Positions 50,501-64,000 of a stretch of 64,000 nucleotides of DNA are shown here, piece after piece (positions within the stretch are counted from its first letter, which is position 1; each line of letters opens with the position of its first letter). Below the pieces are notes generated by a model. That model was not told where the DNA came from and made no database searches. It was given only the letters and a program-made list of their open reading frames with translations. This DNA is from Eledone cirrhosa (lineage: Eukaryota): the NCBI GenBank assembly GCA_964016885.1, contig OZ024740.1, positions 8,866,001 through 8,930,000 on the forward strand. The letters are read 5' to 3'. Both the position numbers and the translations under genes were made by a program.

Positions 50501-53500
50501 AGTTTCGATTAGTATATCAGTTTCGAATGGGATGTCAGTTTTTATTGGTATATCAGTTTCGATTGGTATATCAGCTTCGATTGGTATGTCAGTTTCGATT
50601 GGTATGTCAGTTTTGATTGGTATATCAGTTTCGACTGGTATGTCAGTTTCTATTGGTATATCAGTTTCGATTAGTATATCAGTTACTATTTGTATGTCTG
50701 CTTCTATTGGTATATCAGTTTCGATTGGTACGTCAGTTTCGATTGGTATATCAGTTTCGATTGGTATGTCAGTTTCGATTGGTATGTAAGTTTCGATTAG
50801 TATATCAGTTTCGTATGGTATGTCAGTTTTGATTGGTATATCAGTTTTGATTGGTATATCAGTTTCGATTGGTATGTCAGTTTCTATTATTATGTCAGTT
50901 TCAATTGGTAGATCCGTTTCGATTGTTATGTTAGTTTTATTGGTATTTCAGTTTCTATTGGTATATAAGTTTCGGTTGGTATGTCAGTTTCGATTTGTAT
51001 GTCAGTTTCTATTGGTATATTAGTTTCGATTGGTATGTCAGTTTCTATTGGTATGTCAATTTTGATTAGTATATGAGTTTCTATTGGTATGTCAGTTTCG
51101 ATTGGTATATCAGTTTTCAATGGTATGTCAGTTTCGATTGGTATGTCAGTTTGGACAGGTATATCAGTTTCGATTGACATATCAGTTTTGATTACTATGT
51201 CAGTTTCTATTGGTATGTCAGTTTCGATTGGTATGTCGGTTTCTATTGGTATGTCAGTTTCGATTAGTATATCAGTTTCGATTGCTATGTTAGTTCTCGA
51301 TTTGTATGTCAGTTTCGATTTGTATATCTGTTTTGATTGGTATGTCAGTTTCGATTGGTATGTCAGTTTCGATTGGTATGTCAGTTTCTATTAGAATATC
51401 AGTTTTGATCGTTATGTCAGTTTCGATTATTATATCACTTTCTATTGGTATATCAGTTTATGTTGGTATATCAGTTTCCATTGGTATATCAGTTTCCATT
51501 GGTGTGTCAGTTTCTATTGGTATATCAGTTTCGATTGTTATATCAGTTTCTATTGGTATATCAGTTCTGATTGGTATATCAGTTTCGATTGGTATGTCAG
51601 TTTCGATTAGTATATCGGTTTCTATTTGTATGTCAGTTTCTATTGGTATATCAGTTTCCTTTGGTATATTAGTTTCGATTGGTATGTCAATTTCAATTGA
51701 TATGATTAGTTTCGATTGGTATATCAGATTCGACTGGTATATAATTTCTATTGCTATATCAGTTTCGATTGGTATGTCAATTTCTATTGGTATATCAGTT
51801 TCGATTCGTATGTCAGTTTCTATTGGTATGTCAGTTTCGATTAGTATATCAGTCTCTATTGGTATATAAGTTTTGATTGGTATGTCATTTTCGATTGGTA
51901 TATCAGTTTTGATTGGTATCTCAGTTTCTATTGGTATATCGGTTTCCATTGGTATATCAGTTTCGAATGGTATGTCAGTTTCTATTGGTATATCAGTTTC
52001 TATTGGTATATCAGTTTCGATAGATATATCAGTGTCGATTAGTATGTCAGTTTCTATTGCTATGTCAGATTCGATTAGTATATCAGTTTCTAGTGGTATG
52101 TCAGTTTCGATTGGTATGTCAGTTTCTATTGGTATATCAGTGTCAATTGGTATATCAGTTTTAATTGGTATGTCAGTTTTATTGGTATGTCAATTTCGAT
52201 TGGTATATCAGTTTCGGTTGGTATGTCAGTTTCGATTGGTAAGTCAGTTTCGATTGGTATATCAGTTTCTGTTGGTATGTCAGTTTCTATTGGTATGTCA
52301 CTTTCTATTGGTATGTCAGTTTCGGTTGGTATATCAGTTTCGATTGTTATGTCAGTTTCTATTGGTATATCAGTTTCGACTGGTATGTTAGTTTCTATTG
52401 GTATGTCAGTTTCGATTAGTATATCAGTTTCTATTGGTATATCAGTTTCGATTGGTATGTCAGTTTCGGTTAGTGTAGCAGTTACTATTTGTATGTCAGT
52501 TTCTATTGGTATATCAGTTACGATTGGTATATCAGTTTCGATTGGTATGTCAATTTCGATTGGTATGTTAGTTTCGATTGGTATGTATGTTTCAATTAGT
52601 ATGTCAGTTTCTATTGGTATATCATTTTCCTTTGGTATATCAGTTTCGATTGGTATTTCAGTTTCGATTGGTATATCAGATTCGACTGGTATATAATTTC
52701 TATTGCCATATCAGTTTCTATTGGTATGTCAGTTTCGATTGGTATGTCAATTTCTATTGGTATATCAGTTTTGATTCATATGTCATTTTCTATAGGTATG
52801 TCAGTTTCGATTGGTATATCAGTTTCTATTGGTATGTCAGGCTCTATTGATAAATAAGTTTCGATTGGTATGTCATTTTCGATTGGTATATCAGTTTCGA
52901 TTGGAATGTCAGTTTGGATAGGTATATCAGTTTTGATTAGTATTTCAGTTTCTATTGGTATATCGGTTTCCATTGGTATATCAGTTTCGAAATGGTATGT
53001 CAGTTTCTATTGGTATATCAGTTTCTATTGGTATATCAGTTTCGATAGATATATCAGTTTCGATTAGTATGTCAGTTTCTATTGGTATATCAGATTCAAT
53101 TAGCATATCACTTTCTATTGGAATGTCAGTTTCGATTGGTATATCAGTTTCTATTCGTATATCAGTTTCGATTGGTATGTCAGTTTCTATTGGTATGTCA
53201 GTGTCAATTGGTATATCAGTTTTAATTGGTATGTCAGTTTTATTGGTATGTCAATTTTGATTGGTATATCAGTTTTCGGTTGGTATGTCAGTTTCGATTG
53301 GTATGTCAGATTCTATTGGTATACCAGTTTTTATTGGTATGTCAGTTTCGACTTGTATGTCAGTTTCGCTTGGTATGTCAGTTTCTATTGGTATATCAGT
53401 TTCGATTTGTATATCAGTTTCGATTGGTATGTCAGTTTCTATTGGTATATCAGTTTTCTTTGGTATATTAGTTTCGATTGGTACGTCAATTTCAATTGGT

Positions 53501-56500
53501 ATGATTAGTTTCGATTGGGATATCAGATTCGACTGGTATATAATTTCTATTGTTATATCAGTTTCGATTGGTATGTTCAATTTTTATTGGTATATCAGTT
53601 TCGATTCGTATGTCAGTTTCTATTGGTATGTCAGTTTCGATTAGTATATCAGTTTCTATTGGTATATAAGTTTCGATTGGTATGTCATTTTCGATTGGTA
53701 TATCAGTTTCGATTGGTATGTCAGTTTCTATTGGTATATTGGTTTCCATTGGTATATCAGTTTCGAATGGTATGTCAGTTTCTATTCGTATATCAGTTTC
53801 TATCGGTATATCAGTTTCGATAGATATATCAGTTTCGATTAGTATGTCAGTTTCTATTGGTATGTCAATTTCGATTGGTATATCAGTTTCGGTTGGTATG
53901 TCAGTTTCGTTGGTAAGTCAGTTTCGATTGGTATATCAGTTTCGAATGATATGTCAGTTTCGATTGGTATGTCAGTTTCAATTGGTTTATCAGATACGAT
54001 TAGTATGTCAATTTCTATTGGTATATCAGTTTCTGTTGGTATGTCAGTTTCTATTGGTATATCAGTTTCAGTTGGTATGTCAGTTTCTATTGGTATGTCA
54101 GTTTCTATTGGTATGTCAGTTTTATTGGTATGTCAGTTTCGGTTGGTATATTAGTTTCGATTGGTATGTCAATTTCGATTGGTATGTCAGTTTCGATTGG
54201 TATGTCTGTTTCGATTGGTATGTCAGTTTGGATAGGTATATCAGTTTCGATTAGTATGTCAGTTTCTATTGGTATATCGGTTTCCATTGGTATATCAGTT
54301 TCGAATGGTATGTCAGATTCTTTTTGGTATATCAGTTTCTATTGGTTTATCAGATTCGATTAGTATGTCAATTTCTATTGGTATATCAGTTTCTGTTGGT
54401 ATATCAGTATCTATTGGTATGTCAGTTTTTATTGGTATATCAGTTTCGATTGGTATATATCAGTTGCTATTGGTATATCAGTTTCGAATGATATGTCAGT
54501 TTCTTTTTGGTATATCAGTTTCTATTGGTATGTCAGTTTCGTTTGGTATATCAGTTTCGAATGATATGTCAGTTTCGATTGGTATGTCAGTTTCAATTGG
54601 TTTATCAGATTCGATTAGTATGTCAATTTCTATTGGTATGTCAGTTTCGATTGGTATGTCAGTTTCTATTGGTATATCAGTTTCTGTTGGTATGACAGTT
54701 TCTATTGGTATGTCAGTTTTTATTGGGATATCAGTTTCGATTGGTATATCAGTTTCGATTAGTATATCAGTTACTATTTGTATATCAGTTTCTATTGGTA
54801 CATCAGTTTCGATTGGTATGTCAATTTCGATTGGTATATCAGTTTCGATTAGTATATCAGTTACTATTTGTATATCAGTTTCTATTGGTATATCAGTTTC
54901 GATTGGTATGTCAGTTTTGATTGGTATATCAGTTTTGATTGGTATATCAGTTTCGATTGGTATGTCAGTTTCTATGGGTATATCAGTTTCTATTTTTATG
55001 TCAGTTTAAATTGGTATGTCAGTTTCTATTGGTATATCTATTTCGATTGATAAATCAGTTTTAATTAGTATGTCAGTTTCTATTGGTATGTCAGTTTCGA
55101 TTAGTATATCAGTTTCGATTGTTATGTAAGTTTTATTGGTATATCAGTTTCGGTGGGTAGGTTAGTTTCGATTGGTATGTCAGTTTCTATTGGTATATCA
55201 GTTACGATTGGTATGTCAGTTTCTATTGGTATGTCAATTTTGATTAGTATATGAGTTTCTATTGGTATGTCTGTTTCGATTGGTATATGAGTTTCGAATG
55301 GTATGTCAGTTTCGATTGGTATGTCAGTTTGGATTAGTATGTCATTTTCTATTGTTATGTCATTTTCGATTAGAATATCAGTTTCGATTGCTATGTTAGT
55401 TCTCGATTTGTATGTCAGTTTCTATTTGTATATCAGTTTTGACTGCTATGTCAGTTTCGATTGGTATGTCAGTTTCTATTGGAATATCAGTTTCGATTAG
55501 TATATCGGTTTCCATTGTTATATCAGTTTCCATTGGTGTGTCAGTTTCTATTGGTATATCAGTATCGATTGGTATGTCAGTTTTGATTGGTATGTCAGTT
55601 TCTATTCGTATATCAGTTTCGATTGGTATATCAGTTTCTATTGGTATATCAGTTCCGATTGGTATATCAGTTTCGATTGGTATGTCAGTTTCGATTAGTA
55701 TATCTGTTTCTATTGGTATGTCAGTTTCTATTGGTATATCAGTTTCCTTTGGTATATCAGATTCGACTGGTATAAAATTTCTATTGCTATATCAGTTTCG
55801 ATTGGTATGTCAATTTCTATTGGTATATCAGTTTCGATTCGTATGTCAGTTTCTATTGGTATGTCAATTTCAATATGTATATCAGTTTCGGTTGGTATAT
55901 CAGTTTCGATTGGTAAGTCAGTTTCGATTGGTATATCAGTTTCGAGTGATATGTCAGTTTCGATTGGTATGTCAGTTTCAATTGGTTTATCAGATTCGAT
56001 TAGTATGTCAATTTCTATTGGTATGTCAGTTTCGATTGGTATGTCAGTTTCTATTGGTATATCAGTTTCTGTTGGTATGTCAGTTTCTATTGGTATGTCA
56101 GTTTTTATTGGGATATCAGTTTCGATTGGTATATCAGTTTTCGATTGGTATGTTAGTTTCGATTGGTATGTCAGTTTCGATTGGTATATCAGTTTCGATT
56201 GTTATGTCAGTATCTATTGGTGTATCAGTTTCGACTGGTTTGTTAGTTTCTATTGGTATGTCAGTTTCGATTAGTATATCAGTTTAGATTGGTATGTCAG
56301 TTTCGATTGGTATGTCAGTTTCGATTGGTATGTAAGTTGCGATTAGTATATCAGTTTCCATTGGAATGTCAGCTTCGATTGGTATGTCAGTTTCTATTGG
56401 TTTATCAGATTCGATTAGTATGTCAATTTCTATTGGTATGTCAGTTTCCATTGGTATATCAGTTTTGATTCATATGTCAGTTTCTATTGGTATGTCAGAT

Positions 56501-59500
56501 TCGATTATTATATCAGTTTCCATTGGAATGTCAGTTTCGATTGGTATGTCAATTTCTATTGGTTTATCAGATTCGATTAGTATGTCAATTTCTATCGGTA
56601 TATCAGTTTCTATTGGTATATCAGTTTCGATTGGTATGTCAGTTTCTATTGGTATATCAGTTTCTATTGGTATATCAGTTTCGATAGATATATCAGTTTC
56701 GATTAGTATGTCAGTTTCTATTGGTCTGTCAGATTCGATTAGCATATCACTTTCTATTGGAATGTCAGTTTCGATTGGTATGTCAGTTTCTATTCGTATA
56801 TCAGTTTCGATTGGTATGTCAGTTTCTATTGGTATGTCAGTGTCAATTGGTATATCAGTTTTAATTGGTATGTCAGTTTTATTGGTATGTCAATTTCGAT
56901 TGGTATATCAGTTTTCGGTTGGTATGTCAGTTTCGATTGGTATGTCAGATTCTATTGGTATACCAGTTTTTATTGGTATGTCAGTTTCGACTTGTATGTC
57001 AGTTTCGCTTGGTATGTCAGTTTCTATTGGTATATCAGTTTCGATTTGTATATCAGTTTCTATTGGTATGTCAGTTTCGATTGGTATATCAGTTTTCTTT
57101 GGTATATTAGTTTCGATTGGTACGTCAATTTCAATTGGTATGATTAGTTTCGATTGGTATATCAGATTCGACTGGTATATAATTTCTATTGCTATATCAG
57201 TTTCGATTGGTATGTTCAATTTTTATTGGTATATCAGTTTCGATTCGTATGTCAGTTTCTATTGGTATGTCAGTTTCGATTAGTATATCAGTTTCTATTG
57301 GTATATAAGTTTCGATTGGTATGTCATTTTCGATTGGTATATCAGTTTCGATTGGTATGTCAGTTTCTATTGGTATATCGGTTTCCATTGGTATATCAGT
57401 TTCGAATGGTATGTCAGTTTCTATTCGTATATCAGTTTCTATCGGTATATCAGTTTCGATAGATATATCAGTTTCGATTAGTATGTCAGTTTCTATTGGT
57501 ATGTCAGTTTCGTTGGTAAGTCAGTTTCGATTGGTATATCAGTTTCGAATGATATGTCAGTTTCGATTGGTATGTCAGTTTCAATTGGTTTATCAGATAC
57601 GATTAGTATGTCAATTTCTATTGGTATATCAGTTTCTGTTGGTATGTCAGTTTCTATTGGTATATCAGTTTCAGTTGGTATGTCAGTTTCTATTGGTATG
57701 TCAGTTTCTATTGGTATGTCAGTTTTGATTAGTGTATCAGTTACTATTTGCATGTCAGTTTCTATTGGTATATCAGTTTCGATTGGTATATTAGTTTCGA
57801 TTGGTATGTCAATTTCGATTGGTATGTCAGTTTCGATTGGTATGTCTTTTTCGATTGGTATGTCAGTTTGGATAGGTATATCAGTTTCGATTAGTATGTC
57901 AGTTTCTATTGGTATATCGGTTTCCATTGATATATCAGTTTCGAATGGTATGTCAGTTTCTTTTTGGTATATCAGTCTCTATTGGTTTATCAGATTCGAT
58001 TAGTATGTCAACTTCTATTGGTATGTCAGTTTCGATTGGTATGTCAGTTTCTATTGGTATATCAGTTTCTGTTGGTATGTCAGATTCTATTGTTATGTCA
58101 GTTTTTATTGGTATATCAGTTTCGATTGGTATATATCAGTTGCTATTGGTATATCAGTTTCGAATGATATGTCAGTTTCTTTTTGGTATATCAGTTTCTA
58201 TTGGTATGTCAATTTCAATATTTATATCAGTTTCGGTTGGTATATCAGTTTCGATTGGTAAGTCAGTTTCGTTTGGTATATCAGTTTCGAATGATATGTC
58301 AGTTTCGATTGGTATGTCAGTTTCAATTGGTTTATCAGATTCGATTAGTATGTCAATTTCTATTGGTATGTCAGTTTCGATTGGTATGTCGGTTTCTATT
58401 GGTATATCAGTTTCTGTTGGTATGTCAGTTTCTATTGGTATGTCAGTTTTTATTGGGATATCAGTTTCGATTGGTATATCAGTTTCGATTAGTATATCAG
58501 TTACTATTTGTATATCAGTTTCTATTGGTATATCAGTTTCGATTGGTATGTCAATTTCGATTGGTATATCAGTTTCGATTGGTATGTCAGTTTCGATTGG
58601 TATGTAAGTTTCGATTAGTATATCAGTTTCGTATGGTATGTCAGTTTTGATTGGTATATCAGTTTCGATTGGTATGTCAGTTTCGATTGGTATATCAGTT
58701 TCGATTAGTATGTCAGTTGCTATTGGTATATCGGTTTCCATTGGTATATCAGTTTCGATTGGTATTTCAGTTTCTATGGGTATATCAGTTTCTATTTTTA
58801 TGTCAGTTTAAATTGGTATGTCAGTTTCTATTGGTATATCTATTTCGATTGATATATCAGTTTTAATTAGTATGTCAGTTTCTATTGGTATGTCAGTTTC
58901 GATTAGTATATCAGTTTCGATTGTTATGTAAGTTTTATTGGTATTTCAGTTTCGATTGGTATATCAGTTTCGGTTGGTATGTTAGTTTCGTTTGGTATGT
59001 CAGTTTCTATTGGTATATCAGTTTCGATTGGTATGTCAGTTTCTATTGGTATGTCAATTTTGATTAGTATATGAGTTTCTATTGGTATGTCTGTTTCGAT
59101 TGGTATATGAGTTTCGAATGGTATGTCAGTTTCGATTGGTATGTCAGTTTGGATTAGTATGTCAGTTTCTATTGTTATGTCATTTTCGATTAGAATATCA
59201 GTTTCGATTGCTATGTTAGTTCTCGATTTGTATGTCAGTTTCTATTTGTATATCAGTTTTGACTGGTATGTCAGTTTCGATTGGTATGTCAGTTCCGATT
59301 GGTATATCAGTTTCGATTGGTATGTCAGTTTCGATTAGTATATCTGTTTCTATTGGTATGTCAGTTTCTATTGGAATATCAGTTTCCTTTGGTATATCAG
59401 ATTCGACTGGTATAAAATTTCTATTGCTATATCAGTTTCTATTGGTATGTCAATTTCCATATGTATATCAGTTTCGGTTGGTATATCAGTTTCGATTGGT

Positions 59501-60346
59501 AAGTCAGTTTCGATTGGTATATCAGTCTCGAGTGATATGTCAGTTTCGATTGGTATGTCAGTTTCAATTGGTTTATCAGATTCGATTAGTATGTCAATTT
59601 CTATTGGTATGTCAGTTTCGATTGGTATGTCAGCTTCTATTGGTATATCAGTTTCTGTTGGTATGTCAGTTTCTATTGGTATGTCAGTTTTTATTGGGAT
59701 ATCAGTTTCGATTGGTATATCAGTTTCGATTGGTATGTTAGTTTCGATTGGTATGTCAGTTTCGATTGGTATATCAGTTTCGATTGTTATGTCAGTTTCT
59801 ATTGGTGTAACAGTTTCGACTGGTTTGTTAGTTTCTATTGGTATGTCAGTTTCGATTAGTATATCAGTTTCGATTGGTATGTCAGTTTCGATTAGTGTAT
59901 CAGTTACTATTTGTATGTCAGTTTCTATTGGTATATCAGTTTCGATTGTTATATCAGTTTCGATTGGTATGTCAATTTCGATTGGTATGTCAGTTTCGAT
60001 TGGTATGTAAGTTGCGATTAGTATATCAGTTTCCATTGGAATGTCAGCTTCGATTGGTATGTCAGTTTCTATTGGTTTATCAGATTCGATTAGTATGTCA
60101 ATTTCTTTTGGTATGTCAGTTGCCATTGGTATATCAGTTTTGATTCATATGTCAGTTTCTATTGGTATGTCAGATTCGATTATTATATCAGTTTCCATTG
60201 GAATGTCAGTTTCGATTGGTATGTCAGTTTCTATTGGTTTATCAGATTCGATTAGTATGTCAATTTCTATCGGTATATCAGTTTCTATTGGTATATCAGT
60301 TTCGATTGGTATGTCAGTTTCGATTGGTATGTCAATTTCAATTGGT
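44591..60346. repeat. 18-bp satellite (block 5, more diverged variants)
   Basis: Tandem 18-mers with a higher density of variant monomers and indels. Confidence 0.99.
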
Positions 60347-61680
60347 GCAGTTCGGGTTTGTGTCAGGCAAAAGTACCACAGACGCTCTTTTCATTGTACG
60401 ACAACTACAGGAGAAGTACCTAGCTAAAAGTAAACCCCTATACTTAGCTTTCGTCGACTTGGAGAAAGCCTTCGACAGAGTCCCCCGTTCCATTATCTGG
60501 TGGTCTCTTAGAAAACTAGGTGTTGACGAATGGCTTGTGAGAGCTATACAAGCCATGTATAAAGAAACAGTCAGTAAGGTTAGAATTAACAACGAATATA
60601 GTGAAGAGTTTAGCGTAAAAGTTGGTGTCCATCAGGGCTCTGTTCTTAGCCCCCTACTATTTATTATTGCCCTTCAGGCTATAACAGAGGAGTTCAAGAC
60701 CGGCTGCCCATGGGAACTCCTATACGCAGATGATCTAACGCTCATAGCTGAATCAATGACCGAACTAGAAAAGAAATTCCAAACATGGAAGCACGGCCTA
60801 GAATCAAAAGGCCTTAAAATTAACCTGGCTAAGACTAAAGTTCTAGTTTGTAGGAAAGAAAATAAGGCGGCGGTCCCATCTGGGAAATGGCCATGCTCAG
60901 TGTGTAGGAAAGGCGTAGCTAGAAACTTCATTTTATGTCCCAAATGCAAAGTATGGGTGCATAAAAGATATAGTGGGATCACAGGTAAGCTAACTAAGAA
61001 TATAGATTTTACATGTGGCCGGTGCTCTCTGTGCAATAAGTAGCAGCAAGTGCCCACGAAATACTAGCTCCTTCAACTGCGCAGAGGGTTCTATAGAAAT
61101 AGTGGACAGCTTCCGTTATCTGGGTGACAAAATCAGCAGTGGGGGAGGGTGCTCTGAAAGTACAGTAGCTAGAGTCAGAACTGGATGGAAAAAGTTCAGA
61201 GAGCTTATACCACTATTAGCCGCTAGAGGGTTCTCCCTAAAAATGAAAGGCAGGTTATACGATGCCTGCATACGAACAGCAATGCTGCATGGCAGTGACA
61301 CCTGGGCATTGTGTGCAGAGGATATACGCAGACTAGAGAGGAACGAAGCTTGCATGCTCCGCTGGATGTGCAATAGTAATATACGTGAACGGCAAAGCAT
61401 AAACGAACTAAGGAAAAAATTAGAAATAAGAGGGATCAGATGTTGTTTACTCGAGAGAAGGCTACGTTGGTACGGTCACGTGATGCGCATGAAAGACGAC
61501 AGCTGTATAACAAAGTGCAGGGCAATAAAGATAGACGGTAGCCACGGAGTAGACAGACCCAGAAAAACATGGGACGAGCTGATAAATTCCGACCTCACAC
61601 GCTTACACCTCTCCAAGACAATGTCACTGGACCGAGACCTTTGGCGGTACTCAGTAATAGAGAAGACCCGCCTTACCTAA
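60347..61680 (+). pseudogene. Truncated, frameshifted family B RT/PHD coding remnant
   Basis: QFGFVSGK...YADD... with +1 frameshift near 61028, PHD ligand C>Y (HKRY), C-terminus TRLT*. Confidence 0.92.
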
Positions 61681-61848
61681 ATACAAAGTAAAAACCTACT
61701 ACAGTCAGTAGGCATCTCTATCAAAACACACCCCCGTCCCACCACCTCCACCCCACCCACACCACCCCTTTCAATGTAAAGTTATGTTGGTCCCACAACA
61801 TCCAGGCCAAAACAAATGAGATCGTGTAGGTGTCACGACAAAAAACAC

Positions 61849-62080
61849 ACAGTCCACGCTGTAAATGTGGCCGTGTAGGCAACACGGTAAAAACCTCCCA
61901 GCCCCACACTGTAAATGTGGTTGGTGTTAGGAAGGGCATCCAGCTGTAGAAAACCCGCCAGACAGTCCACGCTGTAATGTGGCCGTGTAGGCAACACGGT
62001 AAAAACCTCCCAGCCCCACACTGTGAATGTGGTTGGTGTTAGGAAGGGCATCCAACTGTAGAAAACCCGCCAGACAGTCC
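61849..62080 (+). repeat. ~112-bp tandem duplication within the 3' UTR, bounded by ACAGTCC
   Basis: Units 61849-61961 and 61962-62073; ACAGTCC at 61849, 61962, 62074; absent from the other two B copies. Confidence 0.92.
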
Positions 62081-62187
62081 TATGCGAGCAAGACAACCAC
62101 TCTTGCCTCAAGTGGGAAAACCCCCGTCCAAACCCATGCAAGCGTGGAACACGGACGCTAAACCTGATGATGATGATGATGATGATG

Positions 62188-64000
62188 ATATCAGTTTTGA
62201 TTCATATGTCAGTTTCGATTAGTATATCAGTTTCTATTGGTATGTCAGGCTCTATTGATATATAAGTTTCGATTGGTATGTCAGTTTCGATTGGAATGTC
62301 AGTTTCGATTGGGATGTCAGTTTCGATTGATATATCAGTTTCGAATGGTATGTCAGTTTCGATTGGTATGTCAGTTTAGATAGGTATATCAGTTTCGATT
62401 AGTATGTCAGTTTCTATTGGTATATCGGTTTCCATTGGTATCTCAGTTTCTATTGGTATATCAGTTTCGATAGATATATCAGTTTCGATTAGTATGTCAG
62501 TTTCTATTGGTATGTCAGATTCGATTAGTATAACAATTTCCATTGGAATGTCTGTTTCGATTGGTATGACAGTTTCCATTGGTATATCAGTTTCGATTGG
62601 TATTTCAGTTTCTATGGGTATATCAGTTTCTATTTTTATGTCAGTTTAAATTGGTAAGTCAGTTTCTATTGGTATATCTATTTCGATTGATATATCAGTT
62701 TTAATTAGTATGTCAGTTTCTATTGGTATGTCAGTTTCGATTAGTATATCAGTTTCGATTGTTATGTAAGTTTTATTGGTATTTCAGTTTCGATTGGTAT
62801 ATCAGTTTCGATTGGTATATCAGTTTCTATTGTTATATCAGTTTCAATTGGTATGTTAGTTTCTATTGGTATGTCAGTTTCTATTAGTATATCAGCTTCT
62901 ATTGGTATGTCAGTTTCGATTGGTAGGTTAGTCCTCGATTTGTATGTCACTTTCTAGTGGTATATCAGTTTCGATTGGTATGTCAGTTTCAATTAGTATA
63001 TCAGTTTCTATTGGTATGTCAGTTTCTATTGCTATATCAGTTTCTATTGGTGTATCAGTTTCGATTGGTATGTCAATTTCGATTGGTATGTCAGTTTCGA
63101 TTGGTATATCAGTTTCGAATGGTATTTCAATCTCGATTGGTATGTCAGTTTCGATTAGTATATCAGTTTCTATTGGTATATCAGTTTGTTTGGTATATCA
63201 GTTTCTATTGGTATGTCATTGGTATATCAGTTTCGATCAGTATGTCAGTCTCTATTGGTATATCAGCTTCGATTGGTATGTCAGTTTCGATTGGTATATC
63301 AGTTTCGATTGGTATCTCAGTTTCGATTGGTATGTTAGTTTCTATTGGTATGTCAGTTTCGATTAGTATAACAGTTTCTATTGGTATGTCAGTTTCTATT
63401 GCTATATCAGTTTCTATTTGTATATCAGTTTTGATTGGTATGTCAGTTTCGATTGGTATGTCAATTTCGATTGGTATATCAGTTTTGATTGGTATATAAG
63501 ATTCTATTGCTATATCAGTTTCTATTTGTATATCAGTTTCGATTGGTATGTCAGTTTCTATTGTTATGTCAGTTTCGTTTATTATATCAGTTACTATTTG
63601 TATGTCAGTTTCGATTGGTATGTCAGATTCAATTTTTATTTCAGTTTCGATTGGTATATCAGTTTCGATTGGTATATCAGTTTTCTATTGGTATGTTAGT
63701 TTCTATTGGTATGTCAGTTTCGATTAGTATATCAGTTTCTATTGGTATGTCAGTTTCGATTGGTATGTTAGTCCTCTATTTGTATGTCAGTTTCTATTGG
63801 TATATCAGTTTCGATTGGTATGTCAGTTTCGATTAGTATATCTGTTGCTAATGGTATGTCAGTTTCTATTGGTATATCAGTTTCGATTGGTATATCAGTT
63901 TCGATTGGTATGTCAGTTTCTATTGGTATGTCAATTTTGATTAGTATATGAGTTTCTATTGGTATGTCAGTTTCGATTGGTATATCAGTTTCGAATGGTA
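62188..64000. repeat. 18-bp satellite (block 6; continues beyond window end)
   Basis: Tandem 18-mers. Confidence 0.99.

Larger units (their letters stand above)
60347..62187 (+). mobile_element. 5'-truncated family B (variant subfamily) copy with (GAT)n tail
   Basis: Matches ~25490 onward; blunt insertion ATTGGT^ATATCAGTTTTGATTCAT (similar empty site ~52741-52785); tail ~62165-62187. Confidence 0.95.

Noticed and set aside
1-64000. Hundreds of ORFs encoding (IGMSVS)n, (IETDIP)n, (LVYQFR)n, (WYVSFD)n repeats
   Set aside because: The 18-bp unit is a multiple of 3 and stop-free in several frames; frames switch at 1-bp indels and stops occur at random, with no unique coding flanks.
1-64000. CRISPR array
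   Set aside because: Repeats are directly adjacent with no unique spacers; no cas genes; context is eukaryotic LINE/satellite.
1-64000. Telomeric repeat identity for the 18-mer
   Set aside because: No canonical TTAGGG/TTAGG unit, and monomer heterogeneity with kb-scale duplications argues against telomerase synthesis; a subtelomeric location cannot be excluded.

Overview
This is eukaryotic (non-prokaryotic) repetitive DNA with no host genes. About 51.5 kb (~2,850 monomers) is a tandem satellite with an 18-bp unit, ATTGGTATRTCAGTTTCK, organised into kb-scale higher-order duplications. Nearly all ORFs in the supplied track are translation artefacts of this unit. The array is interrupted at five points by two related families (A and B) of single-ORF RTE-type non-LTR retrotransposons (APE endonuclease + RT, (GAT)n tail): one intact full-length copy of each, three 5'-truncated copies, plus a sixth copy nested in the 5' end of the full-length A. 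Main observations: (1) all copies are on the + strand and the satellite insertions fall at or within a few bases of the same phase of the monomer (TGGT^ATRTCAG), with blunt or near-blunt junctions verifiable against empty sites in the window; (2) both proteins carry a canonical C4HC3 PHD finger inside the RT region; (3) the 3' UTRs contain tandem pseudoknot + hairpin modules with compensatory changes between families. Together these suggest a satellite-targeting, possibly chromatin-reading LINE system; that interpretation is inference from few insertions. The host is not determinable here; the 3' UTR motif reminds me of octopus/mollusc repeats, which is unverified recollection.
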